Source: an uncultured bacterium (GTDB taxonomy: Bacteria > Hydrothermota > Tepidihabitantia > B3-TA06 > CAYQJV01). Taken from it: a stretch of 64,000 bases of DNA. Below, in pieces: positions 21,824 through 31,158 of this stretch. The notes beneath the pieces were generated by a model, which did no database searches, was not told where the DNA came from, and was given only the letters and a program-made list of their open reading frames with translations. How positions within the stretch are numbered: position 1 is the first letter of the stretch; each line of letters opens with the position of its first letter. The stretch covers positions 20,952 to 84,951 of the forward strand of contig CAYQJV010000002.1 of assembly GCA_964417925.1 (NCBI GenBank). Direction: 5' to 3'. A program made the translations under genes and the position numbers.

Positions 21824-24352
21824 TCAGCGTATTATTATGACCTTTTGGTGTTTTATTTTTCCTTTCTCTTTTGCAAAAATAAAGTAAACTCCAGGAGAGA
21901 GTGTTTTTATCCTTTCATTAGTATATTTTGCCACCAATCTTCCTGTAACATCATAAATTTTCATTTCTGTGTTTTTTGTGTTTTTAACTCTTGTTAGTCT
22001 TTCTTTTATTCCAAGATTCCGATATCCAAAAAACATTAAAATTCTTTTCATTATCTCTTTTCTTTGGATAAATCTTTTTGGATTACCTCCTATGCCTTCA
22101 AATGGAAAAGCAAAATACACGAGTTTATAAGTACCATCGTAGGTGAGCCCTGCAACACCTCCTGTTTTGTAGTAAAAACACGCCGAAGCATCAATTGGTT
22201 TTATTACATCCTTTGAAGAGGAATACTTTGGCGATATCGCTATTGTATCATTTTTACTTTTTCCCACAGGATCTCCATCCCGTCCTATAAGGAATATCTC
22301 TTTTAAACTATCCTTTATACATTGTGCATGAAGATATACCCTGTAAAAATCAGTATTCCCTATATCCTCTCCTATATTTTCCCCTGTAATGAAAAGTTTC
22401 CCTCCATTATCAAGAAAACTTTTAAGCAACTCAATTTCTTTAAAAGAAAGGGTTGAATGATTTTGTCCTGTTATCCATATGATACAGGAATCTCTGTTAT
22501 TCATTTTTTCTATAATGGAAATAGCTTTTTCAGAGTTATGTATTTCATAGGGAACATTGAGTTCATCAAGCACTTTTGTATAAAAACTTTCTATTTCTTC
22601 ATTATCTATATCTTTAACGATCATTAATCCAGGCCACCCTGAAATTATCTTTATAGTGTCTTTCTGCGTAAATCCTGTGGAGCTTTCTTTAAGTAAGAAT
22701 ATAAGTTTTGAGGTATTAAAACCTTGTTTTATACATTCTATTTTAAAACTTACGGTTAATTCTTCTTCCTCACCAAAAGTATTTATATCTTTTTCTCCTT
22801 CCTCTACTTTAATAGCATTATCGCTAAAAAGATATACCTTAACATTTTCTCCTTTTCCCCAACGATTTTTTATTTTTATAAAAACATTTCCTACTTCTCT
22901 GTATTCAATTCTTTGATTACCATCAGCATCTTGGATAGAATATTCAACAATTTCAAAATAAGGAAAAGTCCTTCCCACATCTATATCACATCTTATAATG
23001 CTGTCTTCATTGTTGATATTAAATATTCCTATCTTTGTATCTTTTTCATAATAATCCCTTGTGGTTGGATAAGGGGTATATCCGTATATATAGTTTCTTT
23101 TTCTTTCTCCTGGAAACGGATCATACTCATCGCCTGAGTTGATGTTTCTTTCCAGCTCAAATTCACCATCAGCCTGTTCAATAGCTACGAGGTAATGCAT
23201 TGTTCCAGGAGAATTTTCTTCAGGAATGTACTGATTATTATTGTTAGGCATTTCCTCATCTATATGGTATACCAGCAATCCTTCTCCTGGTAAATAAGAG
23301 TCAAATCCTTCTTTTTTTCTATATTCTACTAAAAAATACTCTGGATTTTCCTCTCCATTCGTCCATAATTTGTATACCACAGGATTCTCTTCTACAGGAG
23401 GTATTTTAACATCTATGGCATTTTCTTTTATTACCACCGGTTCAATCCATCCAAGCTTATATTTGCACCATGCATCAAAATGAGCAGGAGATGATCCAAG
23501 TTTTCCATTCCATGAGCCTGCTGCCATTAAACTCCATTTACCTACTCCCTGAGAATCATATCCGTAGTCGTATAAATCAGGAAGTCCTAAGATATGCCCA
23601 AATTCATGACAAAATACCCCGATGTCAATTAATTTTCCACTGCAGTGTTCCTCAGGCTGTATGGAATATGGACCTATTCTTATATACCCTCCATTTGCAG
23701 ATGGGTCGTTGGTAGTATGGTTTACCCATGACATGTGAGACCATATCTTACCACAACCTCCTTCCTCATATCCTGGACCTGCGTGTACAATATATACTGC
23801 ATCCACGATTCCATCATCATCTCCTGAATTTGGAATTCCGTCAGGACCATCATTATCAAACTCCCCAAAATCCACTTCATTATCTATTTTTGATATTGCA
23901 TCTATGACGAGCTCTGCAGAATGCAAAAATCCATAGTATTCTGAATAGTATTCATAACTTTTATCCATTCTTAACCATTTTCTTCCTGATTCAGGGGGTG
24001 GATAAACTTTTCCTGAAAATTTAAATATCCTGTAGGAATTTTCATTGTAAAAATCCTTCATACTTCCACCAGGATATATGCCTTCTGAAAATAAAAGTGA
24101 ATCATAAGATATAGGAGGATGATTTATTGTATCTGCTGGATTGTCATCAAAATCTACAAGAATTGCAATCCCTGATCCTGAGACCTTTCTTGTTAAGGTG
24201 GTTGTGAGTTGTGTTTGGGGTAGAACATCTATTCCATATTTTTCTTTTGCAAAAAGATAATCCTTTACTATTTTTTCTAATCTGCCTTCCTTTTTTAATT
24301 TCTCTACCCATTCAGGCTGAAGAGGCATACATATAATTAATAGGTACAGCAT
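21824..24352 (-). CDS. M6 (immune inhibitor A) family metalloprotease with short T9SS-like CTD
   Basis: IVHAGPG, FCHEFGHILGLPDLYD, WSLMAAGSW, GLLVYHID; CTD IYDVTGRLV...PGVYFI...QKVIIIR. Confidence 0.92.
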   Translation of the reverse strand: MLYLLIICMPLQPEWVEKLKKEGRLEKIVKDYLFAKEKYGIDVLPQTQLTTTLTRKVSGSGIAILVDFDDNPADTINHPPISYDSLLFSEGIYPGGSMKDFYNENSYRIFKFSGKVYPPPESGRKWLRMDKSYEYYSEYYGFLHSAELVIDAISKIDNEVDFGEFDNDGPDGIPNSGDDDGIVDAVYIVHAGPGYEEGGCGKIWSHMSWVNHTTNDPSANGGYIRIGPYSIQPEEHCSGKLIDIGVFCHEFGHILGLPDLYDYGYDSQGVGKWSLMAAGSWNGKLGSSPAHFDAWCKYKLGWIEPVVIKENAIDVKIPPVEENPVVYKLWTNGEENPEYFLVEYRKKEGFDSYLPGEGLLVYHIDEEMPNNNNQYIPEENSPGTMHYLVAIEQADGEFELERNINSGDEYDPFPGERKRNYIYGYTPYPTTRDYYEKDTKIGIFNINNEDSIIRCDIDVGRTFPYFEIVEYSIQDADGNQRIEYREVGNVFIKIKNRWGKGENVKVYLFSDNAIKVEEGEKDINTFGEEEELTVSFKIECIKQGFNTSKLIFLLKESSTGFTQKDTIKIISGWPGLMIVKDIDNEEIESFYTKVLDELNVPYEIHNSEKAISIIEKMNNRDSCIIWITGQNHSTLSFKEIELLKSFLDNGGKLFITGENIGEDIGNTDFYRVYLHAQCIKDSLKEIFLIGRDGDPVGKSKNDTIAISPKYSSSKDVIKPIDASACFYYKTGGVAGLTYDGTYKLVYFAFPFEGIGGNPKRFIQRKEIMKRILMFFGYRNLGIKERLTRVKNTKNTEMKIYDVTGRLVAKYTNERIKTLSPGVYFIFAKEKGKIKHQKVIIIR

Positions 24353-24357
24353 ATATA

Positions 24358-24385
24358 ACTTTACCCAGATTTAATTAATTGTCAA
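24358..24385 (-). promoter_or_regulatory. Sigma70 promoter TTGACA-16-TAAAGT, leaderless start
   Basis: ATG of the M6 protease 5 nt downstream of the -10; no SD. Confidence 0.7.
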
Positions 24386-24516
24386 ATACCTATTTTCACT
24401 AATCCCAAAATATGCAGATACTGAATTAGGTATTTTAATCTAAAGAATAGAAAAAAAATACTTCATCTTTAAATAGGGAAACTATCTTAGTAAGTATTCA
24501 AATAAAGAAAAACATA

Positions 24517-24870
24517 TGGAGGCGGCGGGATTCGAACCCGCGTCCGGAGTGGTCCGGCATCGAGGACTACATGGTTAGTCGCTGTTTTTATTTAACCCAG
24601 AAGGCGCCCAGCGACAGGCTCCTTCTGAGCGAGCCTCCTTAAGGATCCACCCTGGGATGGAGGCAGTCCCAGAGTTTCACCCAGGTGAATATTCCCCGGA
24701 TTACTTCCCCCTGGGCAAGGAAGCAACCGAGGTGCTGCCTTTCTAATTAGGCAGCAAGAGCGTAGTTGTAGTCGGCAGTTGTTTTTTCTACCGTGGGATT
24801 TACGAGGTCACGGTAGACCCTCGCCATGCCCTCTTAGCCTTCTACACTCCGTCGAATCCACATCGCCCCC
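24517..24870 (-). ncRNA. ssrA: tmRNA; tag peptide (A)ADYNYALAA at 24776..24747
   Basis: 5' GGGGGCGATGTGGATTCGAC, 3' GGGTTCGAATCCCGCCGCCTCCA with G3-U70 alanine determinant; internal ORF GCC GAC TAC AAC TAC GCT CTT GCT GCC TAA. Confidence 0.97.
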
Positions 24871-24875
24871 TTTTT

Positions 24876-24903
24876 ATTATAGTTAGTTTTTAGAAAAGGT
24901 CAA
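24876..24903 (-). promoter_or_regulatory. Sigma70 promoter TTGACC-16-TATAAT for ssrA
   Basis: -10 ends 5 nt before the tmRNA 5' end. Confidence 0.8.
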
Positions 24904-24983
24904 GTTTATTATTTTTTGCAGTCTTCTAATTTTAGGTTATGCCCTAATATTGGGTGGATAAGGTATGTATTAAACAGGGTAAT

Positions 24984-25011
24984 TTGACTTTACATGATGA
25001 ATTGCTATAAT
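24984..25011 (+). promoter_or_regulatory. Sigma70 promoter TTGACT-16-TATAAT, leaderless start
   Basis: ATG at 25017 is 5 nt after the -10; no SD. Confidence 0.8.
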
Positions 25012-25016
25012 ATTGC

Positions 25017-25769
25017 ATGAAACTTTCAAAAGGTGTTGTTCTATGTGGTGGATTGGGCACAAGACTCTATCCTCTGACAAAAGTTACAAATAAACACTTG
25101 CTTCCTATCTATGATAAGCCAATGGTGTTCTATCCTTTGATAAAACTTGTTGAAGCAGGAATAAAGGATATTTTACTTGTTACCGGTGGAAATCATGCTG
25201 GAGAATTTTTGAGACTTTTAGGTTCAGGAAAAGAACTTGGTATAAAAAGATTGAGATATACTTACCAGGAAGGAGAGAAGGGAATTGCAGATGCTTTATC
25301 CTTAGCTGAGGATTTTGCAGAGGGAGAGCCTTTAGTTGTTATTCTTGGAGATAATATTTTTCAAAGTTCACTTACACCTTATGTGGAAAAGTATAGAAAT
25401 CAGAAGAAAGGAGCAATGATTCTTTTAAAAGAAGTGCCTGATGCTTATAGATTTGGAGTAGCTGAGATAAGAAATGGAAAAGTGGTAAGAATAATTGAGA
25501 AGCCTAAAAATCCTCCATCAAATCTTGCAGTCACTGGAATATATTTCTATGACAATAAAGTTTTTTCCTTTATAAAAAAACTCACGCCTTCTGAAAGAGG
25601 AGAGTTGGAAATAACCGATGTTAACAATATGTATATAGAGCTTGGGGAATTGGAATACGATATCTTAAAAGGATGGTGGACAGATGCAGGAACCTTTGAA
25701 TCTTATTATAGGGCCATAACCCTTGTTAGAGAGGAAAGGTTGAGGAATGGAAAGGTTGTTACTAATTGA
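25017..25769 (+). CDS. Sugar-1-phosphate nucleotidyltransferase (RmlA/SpsI-like, short form)
   Basis: GGLGTRLYPLTKVTNKHLLPIYDKPM, YQE..GIADAL, LGDNIF, EKP, SERGELEITD, WTDAGT. Confidence 0.92.
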   Translation: MKLSKGVVLCGGLGTRLYPLTKVTNKHLLPIYDKPMVFYPLIKLVEAGIKDILLVTGGNHAGEFLRLLGSGKELGIKRLRYTYQEGEKGIADALSLAEDFAEGEPLVVILGDNIFQSSLTPYVEKYRNQKKGAMILLKEVPDAYRFGVAEIRNGKVVRIIEKPKNPPSNLAVTGIYFYDNKVFSFIKKLTPSERGELEITDVNNMYIELGELEYDILKGWWTDAGTFESYYRAITLVREERLRNGKVVTN

Positions 25770-28194
25770 TGGTCATTCTCTTATTTACAGGTCTTACTAT
25801 GCTTTTATAAGAAATCCTTTAAGAGATCTCAAAGGTAGAAATACATCTGCAATATTTGGATTTGTAAATACTTTAAGAAAAATAGAAAACGAGTTTAAAC
25901 CAAGATACATGGGAGTTGTTTTTGATACAGGTAAACCTACATTTAGACATAAGGAGTATATTGCATATAAGATTCAAAGACCACAAACCCCAGATGACCT
26001 CAAATGGCAGGTACCGGTGATAAAAGATATCGCAGAAGCATGGGGAATAAGAACCGTAGAGGTAGAAGGATACGAAGCAGATGATGTGCTCGCCACCATC
26101 GCCAAAAAACTTGCATCTTCTGATTTTCAAGTGATAGTGGTTTCGGGAGATAAGGATTTAATGCAAATTATAGATGATAATATTTTCGTTTACGATTCGT
26201 ATCGGGATGTTATGTATACAAAGGATAAAGTAAAGGAAAAATTTGGAGTACCCCCTGAGAAGGTGGCAGATATTCTTGCACTTGAAGGAGATACAATAGA
26301 TAATGTACCGGGAGTTCCTGGAGTAGGAGAAAAAAGGGCAAGGGAGATTATTGAAAAATACGGAAGTGTAGAGAATGCGTGTAAAAAAGATGAGTTGTGT
26401 AAAAGGTATAAAGATGTTGCATTACTTTCAAAAGAACTTGTTAAATTAAAAACTGAAGTTCCAGTCGAGGTGAAAAAAGAAGATTTTTTAATTAGGAAAA
26501 AGAATACAGAACGTCTTGTAGCAATTTACAAAGATTTGAATTTTTCCTCTTTATTGAAAGATCTTATTAAAGAGAGGAGAATAAAGGTCAGCATAATTAA
26601 AGATATAAGCTCTGTTATTACAAATGATTTTTCTTTGTTATTTTTGGATAAAGGTGTTTTTGTTTCGGATGGGGAAAATACAGGTTTTATAGAGAAAAAC
26701 AGTCCGATCTTCAGAGAAGTTATGGAGATAGATAAGATAAAGTATGTTTTTAACTATAAGGAGATTCTCTCAAAAAATGAAGAGGCTAAAAATATAAAAG
26801 GTAAAATATTTGATATTAAAATAGCTGAGTGGGTTCTTGAACCTGATAAAAAAATATATGAACTTGATGATATGATGATTTATTATACTGGGTCAATTTC
26901 TAAAGAACCGGAAACGAGATGTGCAGGTATATACAGAATAGGAAAGATACAACAAGAAAAGATAGATGAACTTTCTCTATCTCACATATTCTACGATATA
27001 GAAATACCTCTTTCTCCTGTACTTCTTGAAATAGAAAGAAGGGGAGTTAAAATAGATATCAGCCATTTTAGAAAATTATCAGTAAAATTTTCTGGATTTC
27101 TTATAGAACTTGAAAAAAAGATACATGAGCTTGCAGGAATAAGATTTAATGTCAATTCTCCCAAGCAATTGGCAGATGTGTTGTTCAATAGGTTAAAAAT
27201 TCCTCCTAAGAAGAGGACAAAAACAGGCTACTCCACAGATATTGAGGTACTGGAAGAACTTGCAGAGGAATATGAAATTGCAAAAAAGATACTTGAATAC
27301 AGACAATTTGCAAAGATAAAGAGTACCTATCTTGATCCTCTTGTAGAATATGCAGATAGTAATTCAAGGATACATACCACTTTTGACCAAACAGGAACAG
27401 CTACTGGCAGACTTTCAACAAAAAATCCAAATTTGCAAAACATTCCCATAAAAGGTGAATGGGGAAGGGATGTTAGAAGAGGTTTTATTGCAGAAGAAGG
27501 ATTTATGCTTATATCAGCGGATTATTCTCAGATAGAACTAAGAATTCTTGCTCACATTACAGATGATGATGCATTGAAAGAGATATTCTTTTTGGGAAGA
27601 GATATACATACTGAAACTGCTGCGAAAATTCTTGGTAAGAAACATGAAGATGTAACCAGGGAAGATAGAAGAGTTGCAAAAATGGTTAATTATGGAATTA
27701 TCTATGGACTCAGTGAACACGGACTTGCCACAGGCCTTAAAATTTCTCATCATGAGGCAAGGGAGTTTATAGAGAGATACCTTTCCTTTTTCCCGAAAGT
27801 AAAAGAATGGAGGGAAAAAGTGGTTGAGGAGGCCAAAGAGAGGGGATTTACCCAAACAATATTTGGTAGAATAAGAAAGATTCCTGGACTTTATTCAAGA
27901 AACAGAAGTATACAAGAAGCAGCAAAAAGAGCAGCAATAAATATGCCAGTTCAAGGCTCTGCTGCAGATATCATTAAAAAAGCCATGATTGAGATAGAAA
28001 GGATATTGAAAGAAAGAAAGTTTAAAGGGGGGCTTGTTTTGCAGATTCATGACGAACTTCTACTTGAAATAGAAGAAGAGAGAGTTGAAGAAGCAAAGCA
28101 GATAGTAAAGGATACAATGGAGAATGTGGTTAAATTGAGAGTTCCTCTTGAAGTAGATATTGCCTGTGGAAGAAATTGGATGGAGGCACACTGA
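25747..28194 (+). CDS. polA: DNA polymerase I (3'-5' exonuclease domain reduced)
   Basis: LIDGHSLIYRSY, EADDV, GDTIDNVPGVPGVG, TATGRLST.NPNLQNIP, ADYSQIELR, AKMVNYGIIYG, LQIHDEL. Confidence 0.97.
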   Translation: MERLLLIDGHSLIYRSYYAFIRNPLRDLKGRNTSAIFGFVNTLRKIENEFKPRYMGVVFDTGKPTFRHKEYIAYKIQRPQTPDDLKWQVPVIKDIAEAWGIRTVEVEGYEADDVLATIAKKLASSDFQVIVVSGDKDLMQIIDDNIFVYDSYRDVMYTKDKVKEKFGVPPEKVADILALEGDTIDNVPGVPGVGEKRAREIIEKYGSVENACKKDELCKRYKDVALLSKELVKLKTEVPVEVKKEDFLIRKKNTERLVAIYKDLNFSSLLKDLIKERRIKVSIIKDISSVITNDFSLLFLDKGVFVSDGENTGFIEKNSPIFREVMEIDKIKYVFNYKEILSKNEEAKNIKGKIFDIKIAEWVLEPDKKIYELDDMMIYYTGSISKEPETRCAGIYRIGKIQQEKIDELSLSHIFYDIEIPLSPVLLEIERRGVKIDISHFRKLSVKFSGFLIELEKKIHELAGIRFNVNSPKQLADVLFNRLKIPPKKRTKTGYSTDIEVLEELAEEYEIAKKILEYRQFAKIKSTYLDPLVEYADSNSRIHTTFDQTGTATGRLSTKNPNLQNIPIKGEWGRDVRRGFIAEEGFMLISADYSQIELRILAHITDDDALKEIFFLGRDIHTETAAKILGKKHEDVTREDRRVAKMVNYGIIYGLSEHGLATGLKISHHEAREFIERYLSFFPKVKEWREKVVEEAKERGFTQTIFGRIRKIPGLYSRNRSIQEAAKRAAINMPVQGSAADIIKKAMIEIERILKERKFKGGLVLQIHDELLLEIEEERVEEAKQIVKDTMENVVKLRVPLEVDIACGRNWMEAH

Positions 28195-28216
28195 AGGTAT
28201 GAAAAAGGAGGGTGAA

Positions 28217-28990
28217 ATGGATGAAAAAAGATATCCAAGATTAACTGTAGATGCAATAATAGAGTATAAAGGTGGAATTGTATTAGTAAGAAGGAAAAAC
28301 CCTCCCCATGGATGGGCGTTGCCAGGAGGATTTGTAGAGTACGGAGAGACGGTAGAACAAGCCGTGTTAAGGGAAGCAGAGGAAGAAACAGGATTAAAAA
28401 TTAAGGAGATAAAACAGTTCAGAGTATATTCTGATCCGAATAGGGATCCCAGGGGGCATACGGTGACAGTGGTGTTCGTTGGAAGTGGAGAGGGGGAGCT
28501 TAAAGCCAGTACCGATGCAGAAGATGTAAAAGTTTTTAAGAGAAATGAATTACCTCCTGATATTGTTTTTGACCACAGAAAGATTCTTGAAGATTATTTT
28601 GGAGAAGAGTATACTGAAGAACATGCAAAAAAAGGATTGGATGAGCCGTTACCTCTGATTAAGTGTTTTCCAAACCAGTTTAGAGAAATAGATTATAAAA
28701 TTACCATAGAGATACCTGAATATACTTCAGTATGTCCTAAAACAGGGTTTCCTGATTATGGTAAGATAACAATAGAGTATATTCCTGGTGAGTACTGTGT
28801 AGAACTCAAATCTATGAAGTTTTACATCTTGGGATACAGGAATCTTGGAATTTTTTACGAGAATGCAGTGAATAGGATTCTTGAAGATTTTGTGAAAGCA
28901 GTAAAACCTAAATGGGTGAAGATTAAAGGAGAGTTCAATCCAAGGGGAGGGATGTATACAAAGGTTGAACGTGAATACAGAAAAAAGTAA
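28217..28990 (+). CDS. queF: Nudix hydrolase-QueF (preQ0 reductase) fusion
   Basis: Complete Nudix box GGFVEYGETVEQAVLREAEEETGL, then QueF motifs PEYTSVCPKTGFPDYG, ELKSMK, IFYEN, RGG in one frame. AAGGAG SD before ATG 28217. Confidence 0.9.
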   Translation: MDEKRYPRLTVDAIIEYKGGIVLVRRKNPPHGWALPGGFVEYGETVEQAVLREAEEETGLKIKEIKQFRVYSDPNRDPRGHTVTVVFVGSGEGELKASTDAEDVKVFKRNELPPDIVFDHRKILEDYFGEEYTEEHAKKGLDEPLPLIKCFPNQFREIDYKITIEIPEYTSVCPKTGFPDYGKITIEYIPGEYCVELKSMKFYILGYRNLGIFYENAVNRILEDFVKAVKPKWVKIKGEFNPRGGMYTKVEREYRKK

Positions 28991-29663
28991 ACCGCTTACT
29001 CCACTGTTTTTTCTTTTTACATCTATCTTTATTTCTTGTCTTGTTGTTTCTAACATAATTGCTGTTAAACTGGTAAAGATATTTACTCTTGTGCTTCCCG
29101 CAGCAATAATTGTGTTTCCGATTACCTATATTTTTGGTGATGTTCTTACAGAAGTATATGGATATCGCAGAGCAAGGCTTGTAATATGGCTTGGATTTTT
29201 TTCTAATCTTTTGGTCGTAATTTTTATAAAACTTGGAGAGTGGCTTCCTTCTGCTCCTTTTTGGAAATTCCAAGACTCTTATACGAGAATTCTTGGATAC
29301 ACACCGAGGCTACTGGTTGCTTCCTTTTCTGCATATCTTATAGGAGAATTTTTGAATTCCTTTGTTCTTTCAAAAATAAAAATTTTAACAAAAGGGAGAT
29401 TCTTATGGATAAGAACCATAGGCTCCACTGTTGTGGGACAACTTGCAGATTCAACAGTGTTTATTACCATTGCGTTTGTGGGAGAAGTACAGTTACCAGT
29501 TCTTTTTAGAATAATCGTAACTCAGTGGATGTTCAAAGTGGTATATGAAGCTATTGCGACTCCCTTTACCTACACAGTGGTTGGTTTTCTGAAGAAAAAA
29601 GAAAAAATGGATGTATACGATTACAATACAAATTTCAATCCTCTAAGGATTTTTGAAATATGA
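28965..29663 (+). CDS. yhhQ: Queuosine precursor transporter (YhhQ/VUT family)
   Basis: SNIIAVK, FPITYIFGDVLTEVYGY, PRLLVASF.AYLIGEF, RTIGSTVVGQLADST. Confidence 0.92.
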   Translation: MNVNTEKSKPLTPLFFLFTSIFISCLVVSNIIAVKLVKIFTLVLPAAIIVFPITYIFGDVLTEVYGYRRARLVIWLGFFSNLLVVIFIKLGEWLPSAPFWKFQDSYTRILGYTPRLLVASFSAYLIGEFLNSFVLSKIKILTKGRFLWIRTIGSTVVGQLADSTVFITIAFVGEVQLPVLFRIIVTQWMFKVVYEAIATPFTYTVVGFLKKKEKMDVYDYNTNFNPLRIFEI

Positions 29664-29702
29664 GGATTAAACTTTTTAAAAAATGATGGGTCTAAATAAA
29701 AA

Positions 29703-30239
29703 ATGGATGAAGCAGAACTTATAAGGAGGATTAAAAATGGTGAAATTGAACTTTTCAATGGAATCGTTGAAAAATATAGACAAAAATTGTATTCAGTTGC
29801 GTGGAGAATTCTTAGAAGTAGAGAGGATGCAGAAGATGTATTACAGGAAGCCTTTATTAAAGCATTTAAAAGTATTAAAGATTTTAGAGAAGAATCTTCT
29901 CTTTCAACATGGTTATATAGGATTGTGGTGAACATGAGTATTGATTTTTCTACGCGCAAAAAAAGGTTTAAGATTGTAGAATTACACGAAAATATTGAAG
30001 CAATGGATAATCCTGAAAGGAGCTTTAAAATAAAAAATTTAAGAGAAGACATTAACAAAGCTATACTTTCACTTCCGGAGAGGCAAAGGGCAGTATTTAC
30101 CTTGAGATTTTATGAGCATATGAAATTTTCGGATATTTCTGAAATACTTGGAGTTTCAGAAGGAGCAGTTAAGGCGCAATATCATCATGCAATAAATAAA
30201 TTAAGAAGTGCTTTAAAGGGGTGGTTACATGAATTGTAA
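29703..30239 (+). CDS. ECF sigma factor
   Basis: DAEDVLQEAFIKA, STWLYRI, LPERQRAVF, EISEILGVSEGAVK. Confidence 0.93.
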   Translation: MDEAELIRRIKNGEIELFNGIVEKYRQKLYSVAWRILRSREDAEDVLQEAFIKAFKSIKDFREESSLSTWLYRIVVNMSIDFSTRKKRFKIVELHENIEAMDNPERSFKIKNLREDINKAILSLPERQRAVFTLRFYEHMKFSDISEILGVSEGAVKAQYHHAINKLRSALKGWLHEL

Positions 30240-30708
30240 GTATGTTAAAAAGAAATTAATAAATTTTATTGAAAATGAAATTTCTGCAGAGGAAAAGAAA
30301 GCAATAAGAGAACATCTTGACGAATGTAAAGAATGCAGAAAAGAATACTATGAAATTCTTGCTTTATTTGAACTGTTAGAAAAGGATGAAGTGGATATGC
30401 CTGAGAAAATTCTTGTTCCATTTGTAAAACAGAGAGAAAAGAAATGGTGGATTCCTGCTTTTGTTTCTGGGGTGATAGTAGCACTTGCAATTTTTTTCGT
30501 TATTATTACACAGTATTCAGGATATACTACTTCAAATTTTAAAAAAGATGAACTTTTAACGTATCTTGAGGAGATAGGGATTGGGGAAAAAGAAATAGAA
30601 GAAATGGAAAAATATACCGAAGGAGATGTATACGAGGAATTTTATGAAATTGTAAAGGATAAAGAGTTAATCGAGGAGTTTTTCAGCAAATTTAAAAAAG
30701 GAGGTTGA
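30229..30708 (+). CDS. Zinc-finger (HxxxCxxC) anti-sigma factor
   Basis: EHLDECKEC, single TM segment, directly after the ECF sigma. Confidence 0.85.
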   Translation: MNCKYVKKKLINFIENEISAEEKKAIREHLDECKECRKEYYEILALFELLEKDEVDMPEKILVPFVKQREKKWWIPAFVSGVIVALAIFFVIITQYSGYTTSNFKKDELLTYLEEIGIGEKEIEEMEKYTEGDVYEEFYEIVKDKELIEEFFSKFKKGG

Positions 30709-30711
30709 AAT

Positions 30712-31158
30712 ATGAGAATAACATTTATGTTTTTTGCATTTTTGAATTTAATATTAGCTTTACCTTCTGACAAAGCGCAACGATTGGTAGAAACAGTGAA
30801 ATTATGGAGGTTGCAAGAAGAACTTTCTCTTTCAGAGGAAAAAGCTCCTGTTGTGTTTCGTTTGGTTAAACAAAAGGATAGTTTAAGGTTTGAACTAATA
30901 AGAAAGAAAAAAGAAAAATATATTGAACTTAGAAAGTTGCTTGAAGAAAATGCCTCTGGAGATAAAATAAAGAAAAAAATAAAGGAGGTGAGAGAGGTAG
31001 AGAAAAAATACAAAAAAGAAATGGATGAGATAGAGGATAAAATAGAAAAGGTGTTAACCCCTGAACAATATGCCCGTTATCTCCTTTTCATAGAAAGATT
31101 TGAAAGGGAGATGCGGGAAATATTAAAAACCATAAAAGAAAAAAGGAGGAAAAAATGA
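30712..31158 (+). CDS. Spy/CpxP-like periplasmic helical protein
   Basis: Signal peptide, coiled-coil, LTPEQ motif. Confidence 0.7.
   Translation: MRITFMFFAFLNLILALPSDKAQRLVETVKLWRLQEELSLSEEKAPVVFRLVKQKDSLRFELIRKKKEKYIELRKLLEENASGDKIKKKIKEVREVEKKYKKEMDEIEDKIEKVLTPEQYARYLLFIERFEREMREILKTIKEKRRKK

Noticed and set aside
28160-28990. preQ1 riboswitch upstream of queF, yhhQ or queA
   Set aside because: queF and yhhQ are internal to an operon with almost no leader, and no preQ1 aptamer-like hairpin is visible before queA.
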